Notes: generated by a model from the letters alone, not told the origin. A stretch of DNA of 64,000 bases from Limnothrix sp. BL-A-16 (GCA_041937175.2 CP166615.1:1984001-2048000), one strand, 5' to 3'; positions 31,101 to 41,514 are shown, numbered from the stretch's first letter. A program made the numbers and translations.

Positions 31101-32039
31101 GGCCCGCTGTTGTTGCTCATGGGTAGTAGTCAGCCAATCTCGAACAATCACATGGGCTTCCACACCATTAATAAAAATGGGCAGAGGCAGCAAACCCGCC
31201 GCTTCAAAATGGCGAATCAGTTGAGGAATATAAGCCTGTTGCGTCACCACATGTTTTCGGTAAAGCAAAATGGCCACTACCGGACGATCGGGATCAATCT
31301 TTGGGGCTTTGATTGTCGATCGCTCTGGATCGTTAATCAGAGGATCCAGTAACTGCGGTAAACGCTGCTGACGATACCAGTTCAAATAATCTTGGGGATT
31401 CAAAAAATAGCCCGCATATTCAGGGTGCAATAATCCCATGTTGGGCGTTTCAATGGGTGGGGCAATTTCCCCGATCGAGAGACCCAAATATTTTTCAGCC
31501 AAAATCCAGAGCATGGCGGCCACATTTTCCAAGCCACCGGCATTCCAATAGCCATAGATAATGAGCCAATTGCGCAGGTCTTGTACCTTTTGAATGGGCA
31601 CAAATTTCAGCAGTTTAGGCCCAGTTTTTAAAAAGCTGAGATAACCAGCCAATCGATCTTCTTCGCGGCCACTGGAGAATTTACTGAGAATAAACTTCAC
31701 GGGTTTTGGCATTCCCGAGGGCTTGTCACCAATTTTGAAAGCCCCAATTTGAGTGAGGGAAATTAATTCCAAAGCCGACTCAAAAACCAAGCGAATCGGT
31801 ATTTGTTGCACTCGATCGCGCAACCAAAGCACCTGCTCATAATCAAAAATTAGGCTGGCAAAAAACACATCGGCTTCTGCTAAAGCTGCGGCCACCCGAT
31901 CGGGCTGTTCCGTAATATCACGATCGGTAAAGGTGGTCACTTGCAATTGTGGACAACGCTCGATCGCCCGGTGGGCAGCTTTTCGGTACAAATCGGCGTT
32001 AAAAGTCTCGAACCCAGCAATGAGAACAATGCGCTTCAT
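28170..32039 (-). CDS. bchH: Magnesium chelatase subunit H family protein (BchH-like paralogue)
   Basis: STIGFPLVGGPAG, LPELDG, HFGMHGTVEWLPG, LPTGRNIHALDP, RTKLLNPKW. Confidence 0.85.
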   Translation of the reverse strand: MKRIVLIAGFETFNADLYRKAAHRAIERCPQLQVTTFTDRDITEQPDRVAAALAEADVFFASLIFDYEQVLWLRDRVQQIPIRLVFESALELISLTQIGAFKIGDKPSGMPKPVKFILSKFSSGREEDRLAGYLSFLKTGPKLLKFVPIQKVQDLRNWLIIYGYWNAGGLENVAAMLWILAEKYLGLSIGEIAPPIETPNMGLLHPEYAGYFLNPQDYLNWYRQQRLPQLLDPLINDPERSTIKAPKIDPDRPVVAILLYRKHVVTQQAYIPQLIRHFEAAGLLPLPIFINGVEAHVIVRDWLTTTHEQQQRAQGDRELKSLAADAVLVDAIVSTIGFPLVGGPAGSMEAGRQVAVAQRILAAKNVPYLVAAPLLIQDLKSWTRQGIGGLQSVVLYALPELDGAIDTVPLGGLVGDDIYLIPERVQRLTSRIKNWIQLRKTPPRDRKLAIILYGFPPGYGATGTAALLNVPRSLLKLLESLQAQGYDVGELPTDGETIIQQVKAADDRWSLGHPHRAQPSQAPLNDGWVPAQILDQWLGYLGSSRIQKQWGGLTESGIKTFGDELHIGGVYFGNVWIGVQPPLGLQGDPMRLMFERDLTPHPQYAAFYQWLQRVWQPHAIVHFGMHGTVEWLPGSPLGNTGYSWSDILLGNLPHLYIYAANNPSESILAKRRGYGVLVSHNVPPYGRAGLYKELVNLRDLIAEYREDPQANTALRDAIAQRLMDTGLDRDCPLPEAQQLGVELSAETLKLFGPDLLDRYFARVYQYLQELEQRLFSSGLHVLGTAPNPEQLLSYLEAYFEADLPRSVLEAIAQGSDLDRPLNAYRYWFQQEYPNRSFELDPKVSEQIQEAIRLRDLLNQNTDELTNLLRGLNGEYIPPAPGGDLLRDGPGALPTGRNIHALDPYRMPSPGAYERGRAIARQLIAQHQQEHGQEPDSYPETIAVMLWGLDAIKTKGESLGILLELVGAEPIKEGTGRIVRYELIPLAQLGRPRIDVLANLSGIFRDSFANILELLDDLFARAAAADEPIEQNFIRKHALELQAQGVENPSARLFSNPAGDFGSLVNDRVNDGNWESGDELAQTWRSRNAFSYGRRDRGQARPEVLDRLLATTERIVQEIDSVEYGLTDIQEYYANTGALKRAAEQRQQRPVTASFVESFGKNTQPRDLNSLLRLEYRTKLLNPKWAEAMAAQGSGGAFEISQRMTALLGWSGTTDFADRWVYDGAAETYALDRAMADRLRRANPEAFRNIIGRLLEANGRGFWAADESVVSQLQALYDETDATLEGVTNP

Positions 32040-32369
32040 GGTGATGGAGGGTAGTGCGAGCGGGATTTAACGCAGGAGATCCAAATTTGATCGGAACTTG
32101 ATTGGAACTTGATCGGAGCTTGACCGGAACTGAACCGAAGCCAGAGCGAAACTGAGGTCGATCGCCCCTTGGGAGCCAGATGGAGCCACTTGTTAAGCTA
32201 GCATCACCTGACTGTTTCGCTGGGCTATTTCGCGAGGGCGCGGTCATTTGATCTAACCGAAATTGCCATCGTCCACGGACTGCGGGCCCTGGCCGGGCAG
32301 CAGCGACAAATTGCGCCCCAGCCTATCTATTTTGACGAAATTTTTACGAAACCTGGACTGGAGAAACCC

Positions 32370-33344
32370 ATGATCCCCAACTTTTTCCCCACATCCCAAA
32401 GCCCCAAGCGTGATGCCGCCGGGACAACTTGGCAAAAGGTGGCGATCGCTGTTGTTCACGGCATTGGAGCCGGGGATCCTGACTACAACAGCGGCAAAGC
32501 TGACCAACCAGAATTTATTCGCAGCCTGCAAGATAATCTAATCGATCGCTTCAGTAAGCTAGGCATTTCTGCCAAGGAATATCATCAGCGGTTCGTGATG
32601 GCTCCCGTGTATTGGGCAACGGTTCTGGAAAATAATCAACAGGATTTGTGGGCCCGATTCCAACGCCAAAGCGCCATGAACTGGGATCGAATTCGAGAAT
32701 TTATGGTGTCCTTTGTTTCCGATGCCATTGCCTATCAGGTGAGTCCGCGCGGTCGCCATTCCTATCACGCCATTCATCGATTTTGTGCCCAAACTTTGCA
32801 CACCCTTGCCCAAGAAGCTGGCCCTGAAGCGCCCCTCTGCATGATTGGCCATAGCCTTGGTTCGATCGTTTCCTATAACTATCTTTTGGATTTGCAAGCG
32901 GAATTTGGGAATAACACCGAAGCAGAATCGCTCTTTCGAGAATCGGTGTTACGCCAAGTGGGCGATAGCCCCTTGGAGCGGGGTGAAACCCTCAGTTTGT
33001 ATTACACCTTGGGCAGCCCCTTGGCCCTTTGGACATTGCGCGATCGCGATGGGGGCCTGCCGATTCAGTTCCCTGCCCCCCGCCTGACAGAACATTATCC
33101 CCAACTGAAATCAGCCACAGAATGGGTGAATATTTACGATTCTGATGATGTAATTGCCTATCCATTACGACCCATTAATTCAGCTTTTCAACGGGCCGTG
33201 AAGGAAGATTTGAACGTGAATGCGGGAGAAGTTTGGGAAAGTTGGAATCCGCTTTCCCACAATGGCTACTGGAAAAATCCAACAACGGGCGATCGCATCG
33301 CCCGATCGCTCCTGAACCTATCTCGAATGATCAATGGCCGCTGA
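32370..33344 (+). CDS. Alpha/beta-hydrolase fold protein
   Basis: VVHGIG, GHSLG nucleophile elbow, TLGSPL, DDVIAYPL, SHNGYW. Confidence 0.72.
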   Translation: MIPNFFPTSQSPKRDAAGTTWQKVAIAVVHGIGAGDPDYNSGKADQPEFIRSLQDNLIDRFSKLGISAKEYHQRFVMAPVYWATVLENNQQDLWARFQRQSAMNWDRIREFMVSFVSDAIAYQVSPRGRHSYHAIHRFCAQTLHTLAQEAGPEAPLCMIGHSLGSIVSYNYLLDLQAEFGNNTEAESLFRESVLRQVGDSPLERGETLSLYYTLGSPLALWTLRDRDGGLPIQFPAPRLTEHYPQLKSATEWVNIYDSDDVIAYPLRPINSAFQRAVKEDLNVNAGEVWESWNPLSHNGYWKNPTTGDRIARSLLNLSRMINGR

Positions 33345-33371
33345 TTAGGTTTCTGATGAGTTTTCTGGTTA

Positions 33372-33502
33372 GAGGATGTCTGAGAAGTATCTTTCAATAT
33401 GGGCTGAAGATTAATTGTCGTAGGAACAAGGGGCTTAAGCCCCTTGTCTACATCGATCTCTGGGGCGTACAGAGTAGCAATTTTGGCTTTTCAGACATCC
33501 TC
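33372..33502. mobile_element. MITE-like element, family A (131 bp)
   Basis: TTA|GAGGATGTCTGAGAAG...CTTTTCAGACATCCTC|TTA; central palindrome at 33426-33447. Confidence 0.85.
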
Positions 33503-34819
33503 TTAGGTTTGAGTAACGGGAATTTCAAGAATGAACGTTGCGCCATGGCCGATTTGAGACTGACAATCTAGCCGACCACCGTGGCGATCGACCACAATTG
33601 AACGGGCGATCGCCAGCCCTAATCCTGTGCCAATGCCCGTGGGTTTCGTGGTGAAAAATGCTTCAAACAATTTCTGTTGCACCTCCGGCTCAATCCCTGG
33701 CCCATTATCAGAAATGATAATTTGCACCCATTTTTGATTCAGAGATCGGGTTTGAATCTTAATTTCCGGCTCCAAACCGCTCATGTGCTCCCAGTCCAAT
33801 CCATCCAAAGCATCGATCGCGTTAGCAATCAAGTTCATAAAGACTTGGCCCATTTCCCCGATCGAACATTCAACAGGGGGCAACTCCCCATAATCTCGAA
33901 TGATTTTAAATTCAGACCGGCTGCCCTTGGACTTCAATCGATGGCGCAAAATGATGAGGGTGTTTTCTAACCCTTCATGTAAGTCCGCTGGGGCGAGCTG
34001 TTGATTGCCCATTCGCGAAAAATTGCGCAAACTTGCTACCAAATCGCGAATTCGATCGGTTCCCAAACGCATGGACTCCAAAATCTTTGGAAAATCCTCC
34101 ATCATAAAAGGCAAGTCCAAATCCTGGGTTTGGGTTGCCAAATCCGCTGGCGGCTCTGGATAAAACATTTGATAGAGCTGCAAAACATTCATCAAATCTT
34201 CTGCATAGTTACAAGCATGAACCAGATTGCCATGAATAAAATTCACGGGATTGTTAATTTCATGGGCAACTCCCGATAGCAACTGCCCCAGGCTGGATAG
34301 TTTTTCCGCCCGTACCAAACTGAGGTGGGTATCTTGCAAGTCTGCCAGGGCCTTTTCCAGGGCCGCTGTGCGCTCAGCCACCCGAACTTCCAATTCCTGA
34401 TTGCGATCGGCCAAGGCTTTAGTAAGGGATTGCAAGCGCAAATGTAAGCGCACCCGTGCAAGGACTTCATCTTGCTGAAATGGCTTGGTGATATAGTCCA
34501 CAGCCCCTAAATTGAGACCACGCACCTTATCATCCACCTCCGATAGGGCGGTCATGAAAATGATGGGAATGGCGGAGGTTTGACTATTAGCCTTCAAGCG
34601 GCGACAGGTTTCAAACCCGTCAATTCCTGGCATCATCACATCCAGCAAAATTAAATCTGGGGTCGCAAAATTGACCCGATCGAGCGCCACTTCTCCAGAT
34701 TGGGCGATCCAAACTTCAAACCCCGCATCATCTAATAAATCAGACAGCAAACTAAGGTTAGCTGGCATATCGTCCACAATCAGAATCGTGGGACGATTTT
34801 CAGCGGCATCGAGGGACAT
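33503..34819 (-). CDS. Hybrid REC-HisKA-HATPase kinase
   Basis: LIVDD, LLDVMMP, VAHEINNP, NAIDA, DNGPG, GTGLGL. Confidence 0.93.
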   Translation of the reverse strand: MSLDAAENRPTILIVDDMPANLSLLSDLLDDAGFEVWIAQSGEVALDRVNFATPDLILLDVMMPGIDGFETCRRLKANSQTSAIPIIFMTALSEVDDKVRGLNLGAVDYITKPFQQDEVLARVRLHLRLQSLTKALADRNQELEVRVAERTAALEKALADLQDTHLSLVRAEKLSSLGQLLSGVAHEINNPVNFIHGNLVHACNYAEDLMNVLQLYQMFYPEPPADLATQTQDLDLPFMMEDFPKILESMRLGTDRIRDLVASLRNFSRMGNQQLAPADLHEGLENTLIILRHRLKSKGSRSEFKIIRDYGELPPVECSIGEMGQVFMNLIANAIDALDGLDWEHMSGLEPEIKIQTRSLNQKWVQIIISDNGPGIEPEVQQKLFEAFFTTKPTGIGTGLGLAIARSIVVDRHGGRLDCQSQIGHGATFILEIPVTQT

Positions 34820-35275
34820 GGCTCAAGGATGGAAGGTTTTGCAGTAAAAAGGGTACTGGGAGAATTGAAGGATCGCCATTTAAAAATCGCTATTTAAGGA
34901 TCACCAATCACTGGGTCGATGATTTGGCCAATGAAATGACTGAGCCCATGAAGCGCTGGATCGAAAGTGCTGAAAATCAGGTTAAGGCATCAACAATCAT
35001 GAACTAATGATTAAGAACAAGCAAGACTTTTTCCTGAGAAGATTCTGAATGGCTAGTCTTGCCGGTTTTTGTGATGAATTATGATCCCGGGGATCATAAA
35101 TGATTAATGATTTGAGCGATGATTGCGCTCAATTTCATGATCCTCAGAAAATTATTGAAGACCTTTGATGGTCTCTATTCTCTCGAAAAAAGCTATTTTC
35201 AGCAATTTCTCAGCCAATTAATTGAGCTGGGATCCTGATCGCCCATTGCTGTTTGGGCTAACGCTTCCTTACCCG

Positions 35276-38200
35276 TTAATTCGCGTTCGATCGACCCGGC
35301 GCTTGATTTAAAAGTTCCAAAATTCCCTGATCGTTAAACGCCTGGGCCAGACTCTTGAGCCGTTGGGCAAAGGGGGCAAGGGTTGAATCCTGCTCTGCCA
35401 GGGCCTTGGCTTGGCGCTTCAGGGCGTTGAAGTTGCCTTTGCGGGCCAGGGTTTCGAGCTGCTCCAACAACTCGGGGTCGATCGGGTAGATGAGTGCTGC
35501 ATCCGGGGGCAGGTCGGGTTCCGCCGCCGACTGTGCCAAGGGTGACGGGGCGATCGAACTGGCTTCATAAATCCAAACCAGTTGCAAGTGTTTTTGCAGC
35601 AGGTGCAATAGCTCGTGGGTTTGCACCGGTTTGGGCAAAAAGTCGCTGCCACCCGCGTCCAAGCTTTGTTGTCGATCGCTCTCAAAAACACTGGCAGAGG
35701 ACACAATAATCGGCAATTGCTGCAACTCAGGATGGCGACGAATCAGATCAATCAGGGTATAGCCATCCAAGTTGGGCATCAATAAATCCGTAATTACCAC
35801 CTGCGGGCGATGGTGCTCCAAAAACTGCCAAGCCACGGCCCCATCTTCCGCTTCCTGAATCACAAACCCGATCGGCTCCAGCATTTCCCGCAGCACGGCC
35901 CGGTTTTCCCACTTGTCATCCACCACCAAAACCTGGGGCGCGTCCCCTTGAACGCCCACAATTTGCCCCTGTTGCGTCATGCGAGAATGGCGGCTCCACT
36001 CGGCCGCCATCGGCAAGGACACTTCAAACCGAAAGCTGCTGCCGACTTGGGGTTGGCTCTCAACGGTAATTTGGCCGCCCATTAGCTCCACAATTTGTTG
36101 GGAGATCGCCAGCCCTAGCCCAGTGCCCTCCGTTTGGCGCTTGGTCTCGCCCACCTGCTCAAAGGGCAGAAAAATGCTGCTGAGTTGATCCGCCTCTAGG
36201 CCAACGCCCGTGTCTTGCACTTCAAATTGCACCCGATCGCCCCCCATGGCCAACACGCGCAGGGTGACCGTGCCGCTGTCTGTGAACTTGATCGCATTGC
36301 CCAACAAATTGAGCAACACTTGGCGGAGGCGCTTTTCATCGGTGCGGATGCCTTCGGGTAAGTCATCGGCAATTTCTTCCGCGAATTGCAACCCCTTCAG
36401 TTCCGCGCGCAGACGGCACATTTCCGTTACCCCGCGCAGGAAGGCTCGAAAATGAAACTCCGTGGGATGCAGTTCCATTTTGCCGGCTTCAATTTTGGCC
36501 AAATCCAGTACGTCGTTGATCAGGGTGAGCAGATGGTTGCCGCATTGGTGAATCACGCCGATTTTGGCCAGTTGCTCTTCGTGCAAATTGCTCGATCGCT
36601 GCAACACCTGGGCATAGCCCAAAATGCCGTTCAGGGGGGTGCGCAACTCGTGGCTCATGTTGGCCAAAAATTCACTCTTGGCCAAATTGGCCACTTCCGC
36701 CGCTTCCTTGGCTTCCGCCAGGGCTAGTTCCGCCTGTTTGCGGGCGGTGATATCAAACAACACGCCGCTAAACACAACCGTGCCGTCATCGGCGCGTTTG
36801 GGGGTGGAAGCGCCTTGCCACCAACGGAGGGAACCATCGGGACGAGTCAACCGAGCCTCGTAGGCCCATTCCGTGGGATTGTCCACCACGCGGCTGACGG
36901 ATTCGATGTAGCCATCCCGATCGTCCGGGTGGATGGCACTAATAAACCGGCCCAGGTCGGCCATGAATTCTTCGGCGCTGAATCCCGTTAGCTCGCTGAC
37001 GCGATCGCTGATGTAGTCGATCGTCCATTGGCCCTCGTGATTGCTGAACTGAAAAATGGCTCCCGGAATGTTTTGAGCAATGCTGCGCAGACGGGCTTCG
37101 CTGGTTTGCAGGGAGGCTGTGCGCTCGGCCACCCGCTCTTCCAAGGCTTGGTTACTGGCGGCCAATTCCTGAAAGGACTGTCGTAATTGCTGGGTCATGG
37201 TGTTGAAGGCCCGGGCCAGTTGATCCGTTTCGGCGGTTCCTTCCGTCATCACCACCTGATCCAGTTGATTGGCAGCCACGGCATCGGTGGCCGCACAAAG
37301 TTTCACCAAGGGCCGCGACACCTGCCGCCCAATCCACCAACCCAGCCCGATCGCCACCGCCAAGGCCAGCAACATGATGGTGAGGATGTCTCGACGCGCG
37401 GCCATCACCGGCCCCGCAAAGTCGGCTTCCGGAATCGCCGTCACCAACAACCAGTCCAAACCGTTGCGATCGCGCAGGGGCGACACTTGCACCAGCAACC
37501 GGGTTTGTTGGGTGGGGCCAATGAATTTGGTCGTGAGTTGGGTGGTTGGGGTATTGGGCGGAATGGCGGCCCAAGTGCCAAAGCGCTGTTCAACGGTGGC
37601 AACGGCCGCTTGCAGAATTGAATTTTTGAGGTCTTTGGCCCGAATCCGTTTTCCTTCCGGGGAAACTGGGTCGTTGGTGGAGGTGGCAATCACCTGGCCC
37701 GATCGCTCCACAATGGCCGCCACCCCGCTGTGGCCAATATCTTGGGCCCGCAAAAAGGTGCTGATTCCTTCCAAGGCCAGGTCAGAGGCAAACACGCCCA
37801 CCAGTTTTCCGGTGCGATCGTACAGGGGTTGCACCGCTGAAATGCCCAGTTCCCCCGTGCCCGAAAAGGCAAACACCGAAGTCCATTGGGGGCCGCGGGC
37901 GGTGATTGCGGTTTTGAACCAGGGGCGATTGCGCACATCATAGAGCTGGCTGTCTTTGAGGATGCGCCGCCCTTGGCGATCGACCTCAAAGGTGCGCCGC
38001 AAGCCCGATCCCAATCGATCGCTCCGTTTAATTAGGGTGCTGCTGGGCAATTCCCGAACTTCCAAGGAGCCACCGACTGCTGTTCCAAATTCCGTGGTGG
38101 TGACCAGGGGAAACAGTTGCAACTTTTCGTGGAAATAGGTTTCCAGCGCCGAAAAATCCGCCAACTTCACCTGATCAGCCCCAAAAGCCTGCACATGGAG

Positions 38201-38440
38201 CTGATTGAGGCGCAACGGCTCGCTCAGGTATTGATGCACATAGGCTTGAATTTGCCGATCGACCTCGGAGCCAAGGCGATTCATCAGCGCATCCACGGCC
38301 CGTTGTCCCTGAACGAGCACCACTTGCCCCGTTAGCCCCACGGCCACCAGCGCTTGCAAGGTTGTGACCAGGACGATCAATTTGCTCAGGGGCCAACGGG
38401 GCGATCGGGCAAATTCAGGTGCAGAACCAGATTCAGTCAC
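35276..38440 (-). CDS. Membrane hybrid sensor kinase (Cache-HAMP-PAS-HisKA-HATPase-REC)
   Basis: Two TM segments, YDVRNRPWF, IHPDDR, MSHELRTPLN, NAIKFT, TDLLMP. Confidence 0.93.
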   Translation of the reverse strand: MTESGSAPEFARSPRWPLSKLIVLVTTLQALVAVGLTGQVVLVQGQRAVDALMNRLGSEVDRQIQAYVHQYLSEPLRLNQLHVQAFGADQVKLADFSALETYFHEKLQLFPLVTTTEFGTAVGGSLEVRELPSSTLIKRSDRLGSGLRRTFEVDRQGRRILKDSQLYDVRNRPWFKTAITARGPQWTSVFAFSGTGELGISAVQPLYDRTGKLVGVFASDLALEGISTFLRAQDIGHSGVAAIVERSGQVIATSTNDPVSPEGKRIRAKDLKNSILQAAVATVEQRFGTWAAIPPNTPTTQLTTKFIGPTQQTRLLVQVSPLRDRNGLDWLLVTAIPEADFAGPVMAARRDILTIMLLALAVAIGLGWWIGRQVSRPLVKLCAATDAVAANQLDQVVMTEGTAETDQLARAFNTMTQQLRQSFQELAASNQALEERVAERTASLQTSEARLRSIAQNIPGAIFQFSNHEGQWTIDYISDRVSELTGFSAEEFMADLGRFISAIHPDDRDGYIESVSRVVDNPTEWAYEARLTRPDGSLRWWQGASTPKRADDGTVVFSGVLFDITARKQAELALAEAKEAAEVANLAKSEFLANMSHELRTPLNGILGYAQVLQRSSNLHEEQLAKIGVIHQCGNHLLTLINDVLDLAKIEAGKMELHPTEFHFRAFLRGVTEMCRLRAELKGLQFAEEIADDLPEGIRTDEKRLRQVLLNLLGNAIKFTDSGTVTLRVLAMGGDRVQFEVQDTGVGLEADQLSSIFLPFEQVGETKRQTEGTGLGLAISQQIVELMGGQITVESQPQVGSSFRFEVSLPMAAEWSRHSRMTQQGQIVGVQGDAPQVLVVDDKWENRAVLREMLEPIGFVIQEAEDGAVAWQFLEHHRPQVVITDLLMPNLDGYTLIDLIRRHPELQQLPIIVSSASVFESDRQQSLDAGGSDFLPKPVQTHELLHLLQKHLQLVWIYEASSIAPSPLAQSAAEPDLPPDAALIYPIDPELLEQLETLARKGNFNALKRQAKALAEQDSTLAPFAQRLKSLAQAFNDQGILELLNQAPGRSNAN

Positions 38441-38556
38441 AGCGAGGACACCGAGTCAGGGGGCAGCGGGCCAGCGGCGGGCCCATTCCCATCATCGCCG
38501 TCCCCTCCCCCCAACTGCCACCAACCGGCCCGATCGCCAAGCCCCTCATCAGGGCG

Positions 38557-39420
38557 CTACAGCGGAATCGTGGCCGATCGAAACTGGTAACCCGCTGTTT
38601 TGAGTTTTTGATTGGAAACCCGCGCATTGTAAGGACGCTGGGCCGATTCCGCTGGATTCCAAGTCACCCCCGGCCATCCCCGACGGCGAAAGGCCCGATC
38701 GAGCAATTCCGCCTGGGTTAAGGGTTCGTCATGCACCAGGTTATATAGCCCCAACAACCGCGCTGCTTGGGCAAAGGCGATCGCCCCCACAATGTCATCC
38801 AAATGGATCCAATTACTCCAGTCTTGGCCACTGCCGGGCCGTACTTGGCCACTGGCCGATCGAAAAATATCCGCCACCTCGCGGCCGGGCCCGCAAATGC
38901 CCCCCAACCGAAACACACAAACGGCCAAACCGTCCCGCGCCGCGCCCAACAATACCTGCTCCGTTTCCAGCAAGATTTGGCCATTGTCCGTGGTGGGCTG
39001 GGGCAGCGTGGTTTCATCCACCCAAGCCCCACCCCGATCGCCATAAACCCCGTAGCTGCTGGTGTAGATCACCTGGCGCAGTTGGGACAATTCGGGCAAC
39101 AGTTGCGCCAGGGTTTGGGCACTGTGCAAATAGGTTTCCCGATAGATGCCCGATCGCCGGGGCCCCAAACAAACCAACAGCGTAGTTTGCCCAGCCAGGG
39201 CCGACCGCAACCCCGCTTCATCATCTCCCCGCAAGCAAAGGGCCCGATCGCAACAATCCGCCAGCTCCGCCAGTCGATCGGGTGTGGTGGTTGTGCCGGT
39301 GACGGTCAATCCCTGCGATCGCCAATATTGCGCCATCGGCCGGCCCACATAGCCACAGCCCAAGATCATCACTTGCTCTGACCCTGAGCGATTGATTGCA
39401 GCGTCCATCATGGAAAACAC
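38557..39420 (-). CDS. NAD-dependent epimerase/extended SDR
   Basis: GCGYVG, YTSSYGVYG, NWIHLDD; start uncertain. Confidence 0.85.
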   Translation of the reverse strand: MFSMMDAAINRSGSEQVMILGCGYVGRPMAQYWRSQGLTVTGTTTTPDRLAELADCCDRALCLRGDDEAGLRSALAGQTTLLVCLGPRRSGIYRETYLHSAQTLAQLLPELSQLRQVIYTSSYGVYGDRGGAWVDETTLPQPTTDNGQILLETEQVLLGAARDGLAVCVFRLGGICGPGREVADIFRSASGQVRPGSGQDWSNWIHLDDIVGAIAFAQAARLLGLYNLVHDEPLTQAELLDRAFRRRGWPGVTWNPAESAQRPYNARVSNQKLKTAGYQFRSATIPL

Positions 39421-39488
39421 GGGAGATCAACAAAAAAATCCACAACGGAAAATTCACAATGGGAAATGAATCCCAAGCTCGAAACAGC

Positions 39489-39546
39489 AATTACCTAAAA
39501 AGTAATTACCCAAAAAGTAATCACCCAAAAAGTAATTACCCAAAAG
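39489..39546. repeat. 4 x 15-bp tandem repeat (consensus AATTACCCAAAAAGT)
   Basis: Near-identical units downstream of the hisIE stop. Confidence 0.85.
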
Positions 39547-39557
39547 GCGGTGAGCCT

Positions 39558-40205
39558 TTAACCGCGTCGTTCCTGAAGCTTGCGATAAACCGCTTTTAAA
39601 TCCACCTGATGATGGGCGATCGCCACGAGGGTGTGATAAAGCAAATCCGCCACTTCCGAGGCGATCGACTCCGGATCATCATCCTTACAAGCCATCACCA
39701 CTTCGGCCGCTTCCTCACCGATTTTCTTGAGAATTTTGTTATCCCCACCGGCCAACAATTTGCAGGTATAGGACTCAGGATTTGGGTTAGCCTTGCGCGA
39801 TTCAATCACCTGAAAAACCTGCGACAATGTATCAGCAGGTGGCGGAACCACTTGCCCATCCACTTGGTGGAAACAACTGCGGGCCCCCGTGTGGCAAGCC
39901 ACATCCCCAATCTGTTCAATGGTCATTAACAGGGCATCGCTATCGCAGTCATAGCGAATGCTTTTAAGCTTTTGAATATGTCCAGAAGTTGCGCCCTTGT
40001 GCCACAGTTCTTGGCGCGATCGGCTCCAGTACCAAGCCTCGCCAGTTTCCAGGGTTTTTTGCAAGGATTCCGCATTCATCCAAGCCATCATCAACACTGT
40101 GCCATCCAGATAGTCTTGGGCGATCGCCGCGACTAATCCTTGTTCGTTGTAGGCGATGCGATCGACTGGAACGGCACGGCGCAAAGCTTCAAGATCGGTG
40201 GCCAT
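39558..40205 (-). CDS. hisIE: Bifunctional phosphoribosyl-AMP cyclohydrolase / phosphoribosyl-ATP pyrophosphatase
   Basis: [36 protein letters not shown]. Confidence 0.95.
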   Translation of the reverse strand: MATDLEALRRAVPVDRIAYNEQGLVAAIAQDYLDGTVLMMAWMNAESLQKTLETGEAWYWSRSRQELWHKGATSGHIQKLKSIRYDCDSDALLMTIEQIGDVACHTGARSCFHQVDGQVVPPPADTLSQVFQVIESRKANPNPESYTCKLLAGGDNKILKKIGEEAAEVVMACKDDDPESIASEVADLLYHTLVAIAHHQVDLKAVYRKLQERRG

Positions 40206-40365
40206 AGAATCGCTGCTGTGGGGGGTGAGGATTGGGCAAACCATTGGCCCTGGGGCGCAATGTTGCAGCGCCAACCGGCCGCCAAATGGCAGGACAAATC
40301 ATAGCAACTTTCCATCGCTTCCCCGCCTCAGGGTCGATCGAGTTCCGCCCGATCGCCCAACCAAT

Positions 40366-40596
40366 TGTTGTAGGGGCAAGGGGCTTAAGCCCCTTGTCTG
40401 GGTCGGTTCAAACATCCTGTTAGGGTTGAATCGGCAGCCGATTGTTATAGGGGCAAGGGACTTAAGCCCCTTGTCTGGGTCGGTTCAAACATCCTGTTAG
40501 GGCTGAATCGGCAGCCGATTGTTATAGGGGCAAGGGACTTAAGCCCCTTGTCTGGGTCGATTCAAACATCCTGTTAGGGCTGAATCGGCAGCCGAT
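40366..40596. repeat. 3 x 77-bp tandem repeat containing the hairpin and the exbD 3' end
   Basis: TTAGGG(C/T)TGAATCGGCAGCCGAT at 40420, 40497 and 40574. Confidence 0.9.
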
Positions 40597-41242
40597 CGCC
40601 CGGTTGCGCCGGAGCCGGTGACTGGTTGGGTAACAGATACGGCTGATTCAAGCCATTGCCGCCCAAGCCGGGGTTATTCGGGCTGCTGGGATTGGAGTTA
40701 CTGGGATTGGAATTATTGAAGCCAGGACTGTTGAAACCCGGATTCCCAAAATCGCCGCCCTGACTCGGATCATTGGGCACGAGGGGCTGATTGCCGAATG
40801 GGTCGAAGTTGTCGGCCGATCGCTGGGCTGGGTTTTGGCCGCTGGGCAAGGTGGCCAGAGCCACCCGATCGCCCCCAACCGATCGCAGCAAGTCCAACAC
40901 CGCCACCACGTCGCTATAGAAAGCCGACTGGGAAGCATAGAGGACGATCGTCCCGTCCGGTTGGGCTTGCTTAAAGGCTTGCAGTTGGGTCAGCAGCGCT
41001 TCTTTGGTCACCGGGGCTTGCTGAAAATACAACTGGCCGGCGGGACTGAGGGCCACCATTGCCAACTTGCGCATCTGGGGCTGGCCCGTGCTGGCTTGGG
41101 GCAGGTCTACCCCAATGCCCTGTTGGCGCGTCAGCCCGATCGCCGCCAGGATAAAAAAGGTCAGAATGCAGAAAATCACATCGATCAGCGGCACGATCTC
41201 AATGCGAATTTCTTGATCGGACGAGTCGAGGTTGATTTTCAT
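40574..41242 (-). CDS. exbD: ExbD/TolR family protein with an N/P-rich tail
   Basis: IEIVPLIDVIFCILTFF, VDLPQA, VALAT. Confidence 0.88.
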   Translation of the reverse strand: MKINLDSSDQEIRIEIVPLIDVIFCILTFFILAAIGLTRQQGIGVDLPQASTGQPQMRKLAMVALSPAGQLYFQQAPVTKEALLTQLQAFKQAQPDGTIVLYASQSAFYSDVVAVLDLLRSVGGDRVALATLPSGQNPAQRSADNFDPFGNQPLVPNDPSQGGDFGNPGFNSPGFNNSNPSNSNPSSPNNPGLGGNGLNQPYLLPNQSPAPAQPGDRLPIQP

Positions 41243-41346
41243 AAATTCATTCAGAAATTGATCCAGAAATTCATTCAATTATGCGAATTAATGGCACGAT
41301 CGGCGCTGCGACTCTGGGCATCGAAATTGATATGGCCTTGACCTAA

Positions 41347-41477
41347 GAGGATGTCTGAAAAGCCAAAATTAATACAATACTTGCTCCAGCGATCGACGGA
41401 AACAAGGGGCTTAAGCCCCTTGCTGCCACGACTATTGGTGCTTAGTTCGGGCCGAAAGATACTTTTCAGACATCCTC
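41347..41477. mobile_element. MITE-like element, family A (131 bp)
   Basis: TAA|GAGGATGTCTGAAAAG...CTTTTCAGACATCCTC|TTA with the central palindrome. Confidence 0.85.
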
Positions 41478-41514
41478 TTACAGGCTACACCGCAAATGAC
41501 TGCTCAGACATCCT

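Noticed and set aside
40366..40596. Possible CRISPR array
   Set aside because: The would-be spacers are near-identical, so this is a tandem repeat; no cas genes or leader
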